Shown: in pieces, positions 27,201-39,200 of the stretch
Numbering within the stretch: the stretch's first letter is position 1
Layout of the letters: every line of letters starts with the position of its first letter
Source: Oculina patagonica
Taxonomy: Eukaryota
Reading direction: 5' to 3'
DNA length: 64,000 nt
Assembly: GCF_052425735.1 (NCBI RefSeq)
Contig: NC_135760.1
Span: forward strand, 16,988,001-17,052,000
Made by a program: the position numbers and the translations under genes
Notes under the pieces: model-generated
Databases searched by the model: none
What the model saw: only the letters and a program-made list of their open reading frames with translations
What the model was told of the DNA's origin: nothing

Positions 27201-30200
27201 GGTTGCTCTTGGGTCTTTCGAAGGTGTACGCGGTTGCGACGGTACACTCCACCATCTGCTGTTTCAACTGTGTACGAGCGCTGGTCACGTTTCTCGATTA
27301 CCAGTGCTTTGCGCCACTTTTTCTCGCCTAGGCGGAGTGGTTTCATGCGCACTGTGTCACCCTTGTCGAGGGGATGGAGATCTTTGGCTGTGCGGTTGAA
27401 ATAGTGCTTCTGTTGATTTTGGCGCTCGACAAGTTTTGCTCGCTCATCAGATGGTTCGCTGGCTTGCGGTTTCAGAAGTTTGCTTGTTGCTGGTAGTAGG
27501 GTCTTTGTTCTCCGGCTCATAAGGCGCTGGGCTGGGCTGGATCCCACTCCTTGTGTAGGTGTGTTGCGATAGTCTAAGATCGCCAAGTAGGGGTCAGTAC
27601 CAGCTTCACATGCTTTGCGAAGGAGTCGCTTTGCTGTTTTTACGGCGGACTCGGCCTTTCCATTCGCTTTGCTGTTTCCTGGACTGATGGTGTTATGTTC
27701 AAATTCCCAGGTCTGAGCGAACGTGGCAAATTCTTTGCTGGAGAACTGTGGCCCATTGTCGGATACAACTGTATCTGGACATCCATATCTGGCAAAGTGG
27801 TTCTTGAGTTTCAAGACGACGGTGCTTGCCTTAGTGTCAGGTAGCTTGTCCACTTCCCAGAAGTTGCTGTAGTAGTCGACTGTCACTAGGTAACTCTTGT
27901 TTTTGAATTCGAAAAGGTCTGTTCCCACCTTTTCCCAGGGTCGTGATGGTACTTCATGTGGTAGGAGGGTTTCTTTCTGTTGACTGTTCTCAAACGTCCT
28001 ACAGGTTTCACATGCTTCGACTAGTTGCTTAATCTCTGCAGACATTCCGGGCCAGAAGATGTAGTCTCTCGCTCGTCGCAGACACGATTCGATTCCCATG
28101 TGCGAGGAGTGAATCTTGTTTTTCATCTCTTTCCGTAGAGTGGCAGGGATCACTAGCCTTTCTCCTTTAAAGATCAATCCGTCTTGGACTGTTAGCTCAT
28201 CTCTTATGCTGTAATATGGAGTCGCTTGTAACGGTAGATCGCCCTTGTCATCTGGCCATCCCTTAAGGATTAGGGACTTTACCACCAGCAGTGCTTGGTC
28301 AGTGTCTGTTTCTTGCCTGATTTCTTGTATCTTCCGGTCACTGATGGGGAGGGCCTTGACCATGTTTACTAACTCAAATTCTTTGTCGTCTTCTCGTCCT
28401 ACTTCAGGGAGGTATGCTCGGGACAACATATCAGCTATGTACATCTTCGCCCCACATTCATAGTGTACACTGATGTTGTATTTTTGAAGTCTCATCATCA
28501 TGCCTTGAAGTCGGCGAGGTGCGGATGATAGAGGCTTCTTTAGGATAGATTCTAGTGGCTTGTGGTCGCTTCTCACTGTGACTGGTCGTCCGAAGGTGTA
28601 CTGATGAAACTTTTCGAGAGAGAACACAATCGCCAACATTTCTTTTTCAATTTGGGCGTATCTCTCCTCAGTATCAGTGAGTGCACGGCTTGCATAGGCG
28701 ATTGGCTTTCCCTTTTGAAGGAGTGCAGCTCCGAGACCCTTTTGACTTGCGTCGCATTGTATCTCGAGCTCTGATTTGGGGTCGTAGTAGCTTAGGATAG
28801 GAGCCGTGGTCACAAGCCTCTTGATTTCCTCGAACGACTTCTCCTGTTCCTCAGTCCACTGCCATTCCACATCTTTTCTTGTTAGTCGCCGCAGTGGTTC
28901 CGTTACATCTGCCAATCCAGGTAAAAACTTCGCAAGATAATTGATGAATCCGTTAAGTCTTTGTATGCCTTCAACGTCTTCAGGTTTCGGCATTTCTTGA
29001 ATAGCTTTCGCTTTCTCTGGATCCATCTTCACACCGTGACTCGTTAGTATGTGACCCATGAAAGACACTTCTTTTTGCTTGAGCTTTAACTTATCTCTGT
29101 TAAGGGCAATGTTGCGCTCACGACATCTTTTCAGTAAAGCTTGGAGGTTCCTGTTGTGATCTGCGACTGCTTCTTGTTCGCTGTTTCCAACACCATATAC
29201 TAGGATGTCATCTGCGATGTTAAGAACACCGCTCAAGCCTTCTAGTGCTTGGTTTACTCGCTTCTGGAAGATTTCAGATGAGACTGACAAACCGAAGGGC
29301 AATCGGCACCAGCGGTATCTTCCAAATGGTGTTGCGAATGTCGTGAGTAGGCTTGACTCTTGATCGAGAACACAGTGCCAATATCCTGAACGCAGGTCGA
29401 CAGTGGAGAAGATTTTGGCTTGAGATAATTCCGGCAGAATTTCATCCAGTACAGGTATCTGGTATGTTTCTCTTTTCAGCGCCTCGTTCAATGGCCGTGG
29501 ATCGATACACACTCTCAGCGCACCTGATTTCTTAGTAGCGACTGCCAGACTGCTCACCCAGGGTGTTGGCTCTTCCACAGGTGCAAGGATTCCTTGTGTG
29601 ACGTATCGATTTAGTTCTGCTCTCAAGTCATCTTTTAGTGCCGTAGGAACTCGTCTCGTCGGGGTGATGACAGGTTTAACGCTATCGTCAACTTCTAAGT
29701 GGACTTCACCCGGAAAGGTTCCCAACGGACGGTCAAATACGTCTGTGTATTGCTTTATTACTTCTTCGGCTGTTATCTGTTTAATTTGTAGCTCATTTTC
29801 CTTTGAAGGAGGTGAGGCTGCGATGAAATTTTCGTCATGAACGGTGATTAGCCCCATTTGTTGAGCCGCTCTTGCGCCGATCAAAGGTGTTAGATTGCTT
29901 TCGACAACGACGAATTCTACGGAGTACTTCTTCCTTGTTTTCGGGTTACGCATGATGAGCCTTGTCGTTCCTATGGGTTTCACTTGAGATCCATTCCACA
30001 TTCGCAGAGTTTTCGTGGTCGGCTGGATTTCGTGACTTGTTGCGTGCTTCGCCGGGATGATGTTGATTGATGCTCCACAGTTAATTTGAAAGTTGACCTT
30101 TCTGTCATCGATAAGCATCTCAGCGTAAATTTCTTTAGCGTGACGAACAGCATTGACGTCAGACTCTTGAGAATCCATAGCAACTCCAGCTAGAAGCTCG

Positions 30201-33200
30201 ATGTCGCTCTCTTCTGATGACACGTCTTCTGGCTGGTCGGAGATTCCATGGACTCCGCGAGATTTGGTTTTCTTGCAAACACTTTTGAAGTGGTTTCGGC
30301 CGCCACATCCGGAGCATTTCTGTCCCCAGGCTGGACATTTCTCCTTTTTTAGTGGGTGTTCACCTCCACAGAATAGACACTTCTTGTGAGATTTGCCAGG
30401 AGGTTTCGGTGGCACATTCCGATCATTCTTCGTATCGCGTGAGGGATATTTATCCTTCTTGAAGTTTCGTCTCCAATCTCTAATTTTATGCACGCTATCG
30501 TCCCCAGAAATAGCTTTTAACTGGGTCGCTGTGGCTTCATCACTTCTACAAATATCTATACATTTATTGAGGGTCAGACTTCGCACTTGCAGAAGCTTCT
30601 TTCTCATGGTATTGTTTCTTACACCTAGAACAATACGGTCTCTTATCAGAGTGTCACGCATGCACTCGCAGAAATTGCATGACTTCACTAGATTGCGAAG
30701 GGCAGTGACATAAGCATCAATGGACTCTTGTGCTTCTTGATTTCGACTATTGAATACGTATCGTTCATAAGTTTCATTAGTTTGGCCCAGTGTAAACTCG
30801 TCAAACTTTTCTAGAACCTTGTTCAAAATCTTCTTGTCGGTTTCATTTTCGAACTGGAAGCCATTGTAAATTTTTAGTCCTTCCGTCCCGACACAATGCA
30901 GAAAGAATGCGACCTTGTAGTCTTCTGTTTGCGAGTTTAGCCCAGAAATAAGAGAATAATTCTCCCATACCTGTTTGTAGGATTTCCAAGCGTCTGCCAG
31001 ATTTCCTGACGTGGTGAGTTTTCCAGGGGGTTTAAGGCCATGCGCTGGAGAGGACATAGTAGTGTGCGTGATGGGCGCTGTCCCGGTTCCAGCTGTTGCT
31101 GTAGTTGTTGTTGAGGTTGTAGCCGTTGAAGAAGTTGTTACCATTTTCAGAATGAACTTCTACCACGCGCTGCCACCATGTAACACGTTCCGTTTGGTCT
31201 ACTAGTAGGAGACACAGAGACGGCTCTTCAGGAGTCAATCTATCGTGCTTTAATCAAGTTTCTTGCTATCGTGATCTTACACGTTCAGTAAGCTATCGAG
31301 AGTGTAAAATGTGAAAGTAATGCCAATCATATTATAATCAAATGTCACGTGAATCATATCAATGCCAATAAACAATCTATTGTGTCCATATTGTAACAGC
31401 TTGTAATACCAATTCTAAATACAATCGGCTTTTTCCTTTTTTTTAAGCCAGTAATGGTATGCTTGAGGACAAGTATTAAGTCGCTCCGTGCGTACTTCTT
31501 CGGTGAACAAACAGCGAATTTGGAAGAGTGGGAATGCGAAGTAGTTTTTCAATTTAATATGGCGAAAATACATGACGCTGTCTCATTGATTAATTTATAT
31601 TTTGTCGCAGCGATTAATCGCAGACGTGTACACACGCTGCGACAACGCTGCTATTGCTCATTTCGTCGCTGCGATGTGTCGCACGAATTCGTGCAACTCA
31701 TCGCAGCAAAAAAATTCTGTCGCAGCGACTTGTTTGTCGCAAGAATGCACCATGTCACACGAGGCGACATGTCGCCGCGACGTGTCGCTTAGTGTGTGCC
31801 GACCTTTAGTGAGCCAGTTGATGATCGCCTGTGTATAGATAGCTGCTTGCTCAGAATATTTGATAACAAAAGTGCATCAGTGGTCTAGTTAACCTGTTAA
31901 ACTGTGTAATAAAAAAAAACATAGCAATGAAAAATGAACATCATGCAACATAAACATGTGTGTAGAAGTTTTTTACTAAGTTAAAGCACACTTATTTTAC
32001 TTGTCATTATAGGAGCGAGTGCCTGTTTAAAGCTGAATCGTTTTGAAGAGGCCATCAAATGGTGTGAAAAGGGATTAGCCGTATCCTTTACAAGCAAATT
32101 TTGTTTCTCTTTCTATTTGCAAGCTCAATTTTCATCGCCGTTGGTTGCAACCCTTAAATTCGCTGTTGGTTAGCCATGGCCAAATGAATAGGTAAAAGAG
32201 TGCTAATTGGTAGTCTTTCCTTTCGTGCAAGACTTGTTCCTTCACGGTAGTAAAACAAATTAAAATAAAATTAAAAAATGGATTAAGCAGCCAACTGCAA
32301 ACCAGGCATTCTGAAGGAACTAAATCTGCCAGTTTTGCCGCTTTGTTGTCGAAGATTTAAGAATGGACTACAGCAGCCAACTGCAAACCAGGCTTTCTAA
32401 AGGAACTAAATCTGACAGTTTTGCCGCTTTGTTGTCGAAGATTAAAGAATGGACTACAGCGGCCAACTGCAAACCAGGCTTTCTAAAGGAACTAAATCTG
32501 CCAGTTTTGCCACTTTGTGGTCGAAGATTTATAGACTTCTTTGTTTACTTGCGCAAATTACATTAAGGTGGAATTTCTGAACTCGAAAAAGATTGACGAG
32601 AATAACAAGAAGCTGTTGGAGTTAAGGATCAGGTCTGTTAAAGACCAAAGCAAGCAGCAGAAACCAGAAAGAGACAGCATAGAAAAGAAGTTAGAAGGTC
32701 ACACTGTAAAAGGCAAGGTAAGGTTGTTGGAAAGTGCTGGTTTTTCGTAGTTTTAGTTTTCCATACGTTTCTAACGGTAAGGGTGAGTTAAGGTGTCTCG
32801 ATAATATTTTTTTTTTCTAGACCAATTTTCAATTGGCCTTTCAAAAGCCTTCCCTGACTCAAATTTATATTAAAATTACACCAGATAAGGGTTTTAGATT
32901 AAAATTTGATTTCACGTGTTATTAAGGTAATCGATATTTCCATGGCATCGATAAACAAAAAAACAGCCAAATCAGTAAAACCTGATTTTGCGTGAATCAG
33001 ATTTCCCATTAAAAACTATTACCAGCATCTTAAAGTATGATGTACTGCAAAAAAAATTATTAAAGAATAAAATATTCTGTATGTTTGATTTCGAATAACT
33101 CACAAAAAATGTTTCAAATTGTCCTTTTTACATAATGATAATAAGAGGACCAAGACACAAACACGATGCAGAAGAAGTAATCTCAAATAACGTCAAAATG

Positions 33201-36200
33201 TGTATTAATGTTATCTTTTGGGGCCGTGATAGTTTTGTTGAGTTTCCTCAACGCGATTTCGAGATTTTTTTTTTCTTGTGACCACTCTTTTTGTAACTTT
33301 TAGGAAATTTTCGCTTTTTAGCGCGTTTTAAAAAAATCTTTAAAACGACTCGATAGATTTTCTTTAAACTTTCAACACGCATACTCAATTGTGCAAACAA
33401 TTTAGTTGCAAAGTTTTAGTATCATTGATTCGCTGGAACGCTCTCAAATTTAACGATAAAGGAGGCCTTCGAACGGACGAAAATATTGCGTTTCAATTCA
33501 CGGTTTATTTTATCATGCTAAAATATCCAAATTAATGTGCACTTCATTGCTTCATGAGAAATACATTTTTTCTACCCACTTTTATGCATATTTCCTTCCT
33601 ATATATTTTCTGCTGTTTTCGAACATACTGGCTGCTAAGTCTCTAAAACGCGAAAGAGCTTAGATAGACGAAATAAATAAATAAAAATGTCATGACGCGA
33701 ATGTGGAAAGCATCGACGCCAGAGAAAATGTTGTAGAAATGTTATATCATTGCAAGATTTGCCCAACTCCAAATCGATGAAAGAAAAAAAAATAACCAAG
33801 GCTGGCATCGGATTTAATCGATTAAGATTCTTTTTTACGGTTCAAAGGGACCATTAAAAAGAGAAGACAGGACTGTCGACAATGAATGCCAAAGCTCCAC
33901 CACGAGTAACAAAGAACAGAAAGGTGCTGGAAAAAAATTCTTAGTTTCTCCAGGAGAAAAAGCAGAAAATGATGGAAATACAGAATACTCTAAATACTGC
34001 GGGCAGCAAGAATGTCGGTATGGGTATTTGGGTATTACTTTAACTGGTTTGCCGTTAAAATCAACTACGATCGATAGCGACAACAAAATAAGAGCATGCC
34101 ATTCCGTGACAGTTTGATAACTAAATTAGATCTTGTTTGTTGAATCAAAACTTACGTTTACGACAGGAAACAAATACTCCAGGTGTACTACACTCTAAAA
34201 ACTTTCCGAAAAAGTTGGTTTTTTATTTGATTCGTTTATTACTCCGTTTATTACTTTTCTATTTATGACTATTGAGCGTGTTAAATGGAGACATGACGTT
34301 TTTAAGAAAAAACAAAAAACAAAAGTATCATGTTACGAAAGGAGATAAACAAGGGTGTCATGTTACATACCTTTAAAAGAAAAACAAGGGTTTCATTTTA
34401 CAGTGTTTGACAAAAAAGGCAAAAGTATCGCGTTACAAATTAAGAGGTAACAGAATAAGAACGTGTCATTTCGTGACATTTTGATAATTATCAAGAAGCA
34501 CCATGAATGTGTAAATGTGGCTATTGCATTGGAACTGGTAACACTGGAGCTAGTTATTGGCCTTTATTCCGCCTCTATGCAATATGTACATAGTAAAAAG
34601 CCCAATCCTCACTATGAATGGCAGATATATTTAATCAAAACCCAGCAAAAACCATGTAGCAATAACACCTAAGATAAAAAACAGTGAAAAAGATCTCTGG
34701 ATTTACTACTGGAAGACCCTTCAATTCAAATTCATCACTGGCAAACCACTGTGTCAACTCTACTTCCAAGACTCCACTTGTACTGTATCAAGATGTTTGG
34801 ACTTATTGAACTTACTTGCATCACAAATTGTACAGATAGTGCAAACAACTATCAGCTCATTTAAATTTAACAATAGTAAATCAAGATACTAAATCAACTT
34901 TACTTCCTGGTACTTCCCTCCGTGTTTTACCTCTAAATAATATTAAGTTTTTGGACTTACTGGACAAAGCTTACGTTACAGATTGTTTAGTGAGTACAGA
35001 CAACTATCAGCTACATTTAAACAAGAGGCAATCTAGATACATTATTTCAAGACATTATTTTTCTGCCAAAGTTGAGGAAGTTTCCTTGCTGTCTAGTACA
35101 GTTACAAAATATGTTGCATTCAATTGCAAAAGTAGTGATAAAAGACATCTTATTAGAACTGTACAAATTAAATGCCAATTTGGTGATCAAAGCAGCTTAT
35201 TAGTTGCCTTTTATTAATTAACATTGGTTAGAAACTAACCTTACCTTAGAATGCACAACTAAAAACACCTCCGGAAAACAACGTACTGTATTTTTAAATT
35301 TTATTAACCTGACGAACCCATTTTCCCCCTTTGTAGCAAATGACTCAGTGTCTCAACTTTCGACTTACAGCGAGGAGCCCAAAAGGTGACCACCTTTAAT
35401 GTATTCACTTTCTTCCTTGCAGATTTTATCCAATCAGAATCCCTTCTTAGCTTCTGATTGGAAAACGACTGCATGAAAGAATGTAAATTTATAAAAAATT
35501 GTTCCAACATTTTGGCTCCTTGCTGTAAATCACACTTTAATCGACGATATCAATTTCGGCGTTTAATTACTTTTGGACTCACATTCTCACTCAATAGACT
35601 GTTACACAGCCCAAGTGCTATGTAGTGATTCAAAGTCAAATTTAACGTCAAAAACTCAGAACTTTTAATACATGATACGATCCAGGTTTCAAGATTACAC
35701 TCTAACAATCCAGGTTCAGTTCAGGCATACCAACTATAGTTCAGGTTCTCTACAAATACAAATATGAACTAGTAAACATAGGAAACGAATCGAAGTACAT
35801 GTAGGTACATTTTGCAAATAATATGACTCTTACCGACTGTTTCGTTAGGTCCAAAATGTTCAACAAGGTAAAGAAATAAAAACAACATGGCGAATCCAAG
35901 CGAGAACAACGCACATGGTTGGTCACGTGATGCAAATTCGTGACGTAATATAGGTCCGCACAACATGCACGCAATGGTAGCTACACCGGCCCCTAAATGA
36001 ACATTCTAGAAATAGTTTCATTTACACCATACTTATCAGCTAACGTTGCGAACTTAAACATCCTTATTTTAGGTAAATACACAGTTCTTTGTTCGTCAAT
36101 AAAACACAACTTTAAATGTCTTTAAGTGGTGTCCACTCGTTGTTGTCCACTCGTGATTGACAGGATGAGTATACAAAGTTTGATCCATATTAACCGCAAC

Positions 36201-39200
36201 TTTACAATGTCCAGCATACATGTCAAATGCATCATACTTGAAGGAAATGTTCCTGACAGTACAAATTGCTTAAGGACTTGACATTTCAAGGCGACACAAC
36301 TTGGTGATTGGTCGGGTAAGAGCAGTTCTCGTCACTTTGATTTCTCTTTCTCGTCGACGCTTTGCACGAGTCACAACAGTGCAACTTGTTAGCACCTTTG
36401 CAGAACGCACATATCCATCTTCACTCTCAAACACTTCCACAACTCGGGCTAATGGCCACTGACCTCTTGGGTAATTCTCATCTGCCAGAAGAACGAGTTC
36501 ACCAACCTTAAGGTTCTCTCTCGGTTCATTCCACTTCTTTCGTTCTTGGAGGGTAGGAAGATATTCCTTAATCCACCGTTTCCAGAATACACTTGCTAAG
36601 TACTGCGCTTGTCTCCACTGTCGTCTACAATGCAAATCCTCCTTCTCAAAGATTCCAGGGGGCAAACTGGCACATGGTCGCAGCTGCAACAGATGATTTG
36701 GTGTAAGGGGTTCTTCATCCATTGGGTCATCACTATTTCGTGTTAACGGCCTACTGTTTAGAATGTTAGTTGCTTCTGTTAGAACAGTCGACAACACTTC
36801 ATCGCATACCACCTGTTCTTTCAAAAGAGCCTTCAGGATTTGGCGTACAGACCTTATCATTCTCTCCCATGATCCCCCCATGTGACTTGCTGCAGGAGGG
36901 TTAAAGATCCATTCGATACCTCTTTGCGCACAAAACCCACTGATTGTTTGCTGATTCCACTCGTTAACAGCATCCTTAAGCTCCTTATCTGCTTTGGTAA
37001 AATTTGTGCCACAGTCACTGCGAATCTCTTTCGGGTATCCTCGGAGGTTAATGAATCTCCTCAGTGCATTGATCATGGAATCTGTATTCAGGCTATGTGC
37101 AACTTCCAAGTGTATAGCACGGACAGTTAAGCATGTGAATAGGCAACCCCAACGTTTAACTCGACTTCTTCCTTGCTTCACCTCTATAGGCCCAAAATAG
37201 TCCACACCAACATATGTGAAGGGAGGTTCATGTGGAGTAATTCTGTCTTCGGGCAACTTGGCCATAAACTGCTCTCCAGTGGGCGCTTTCCTTCTCTGGC
37301 AATCAAGACACTTCTTTAACACACGACGCACTGCAGAACGTCCCTTTACAACCCAGAACCTTTCCCTCAGGGACGTCAGAACGGATTCTTGACCGAGGTG
37401 GCCAACCTTAATGTGATGATACTGGATAATCAGTTCTGTGACATGGTGGTGACTGGGAAGGATAAATGGATGCTTCAAATCTTCATCTATTGGAGCACAC
37501 TCCAGTCTTCCACCAACTGACAACAACCCATTTCTCAACTTCGGATTCAACTTGAAAATCGAGGATCCCTCTTTCTTTATGACCCTCTTGATCTGTCGTT
37601 CACTTGAACCAGACGACATGTTGACGAGTGCCTTATACACATTTGGGAATGCCGACTTCTGCACCCGTCGAATTACTTCTTCTTCAGCCTTCTGAAGCTC
37701 AACGACTGTTAGGTTTCCAATTCTTACTTCTGGTTTGCCAGAAGGACAGCCATCATTAAGGGTAGCATCTTTCTTCTTACAAACTTTGCTTCGTATAAAC
37801 TGCTTGTAGCGTAACAGCCAAGCGAATGCTCTCTTCAGTTTCCACCAGGAAGAGTAGTGATGTATCAAGCTGTCAAATGGATCTTGTGCTACACTAGTAG
37901 CATAAATTCGACTTTCCTTTCTTACTTCAGCATCACTGTCCTTTAGCTCAGGTACTTCAATCACTGAAGGCCAGCAGTTTTCTTCTTTCCAGAGGAATGC
38001 AGGGCCATTCAACCACCGACTATTCCTTGTCATGTCATCAAGCCTTAACCCTTTTGATGCATCATCTGCTGGATTGTCGTCTCGGTTGACATATCTCCAG
38101 TCTGAAACGGATGATCCACTGCGAATGGCCGTGAGGCGATTTGACTCGAAGGTGTGGAACCGTTTAGAGTCATTGTTAAGGCATTTCAGCACTGTAGTAG
38201 AGTCAGTCCAATAATTCACTCGATCCACTTCAATTTCCAACTCTTCTCTGATTATTCCACTTAACTTAACAGAAATAACCGCGGCAGTTAACTCTAATCT
38301 CGGTATCGTTATTTCGTGAATGGGAGCCAATCGGGCTTTCCCCATAACAAAGCTGCAATGGATTTGGTCAAAGACATCAACAAGGCGTAAATAGGCTACT
38401 GCTCCGTACCCCACACGCGATCCATCTGAGAAAATGTGCAGCTGAACATTCTTGATTTCGCCAAAATGCTTTGGTTTGAAGCATCGGTCAACTTGGACTT
38501 CTTCCAACTTCAAAAGATCCTCCAGCCAATGAGACCACTGAACTTTGTCTTGTTCTTCTATCTCAGTATCCCAGCTCAACTTCCTCCGGCAGAGGTCTTG
38601 TAGTAAAAGTTTTCCTTTCATAACATAAGGGGCAATGAATCCTAACGGGTCAAACAACGAACTCACAAGTGAAAGGATACCACGTCTCGTCATTGGCTTT
38701 ACCTTGGCCAGAGTCTGAACTTTGGTTGACACATCCCAGACAAACTTGTCAGCTTCTATATTCCACTTCAATCCAAGGGCACATGCAGTTGGCAAGTCTT
38801 CTATGTCTAGGTTAACTACAGAACTTGCTCTCTCACACTCAGGAATCTCAACCAGTACATCTCTGTCATTGCTAAGCCACTTGGTTAACCTAAACCCTCC
38901 TTTCTTCAGTAGCTCTCGTAACTGTGTTGACAACTTTATTGCGGTTTCAGGAGAAGAAACAGATTTCATCAGGTCGTCAACGTACATGTTTCTCATCACA
39001 GTCTGAATTGTTTCAGGGTCAAACTCTTCCAGGCATGTCGACGCTGTCTTCTGTAGGCAGAAGTTGGCACCAAACAGGTGTTTCACCATGCGGTATTCTT
39101 CTGGTTCTTTCTCCAGGTCCCCATCAGGCCACCAAAGAAACCTCAACACATTGTTATCTTCGGGGTCAACATAGACTTGGTGGAACATAGCTTCTATATC

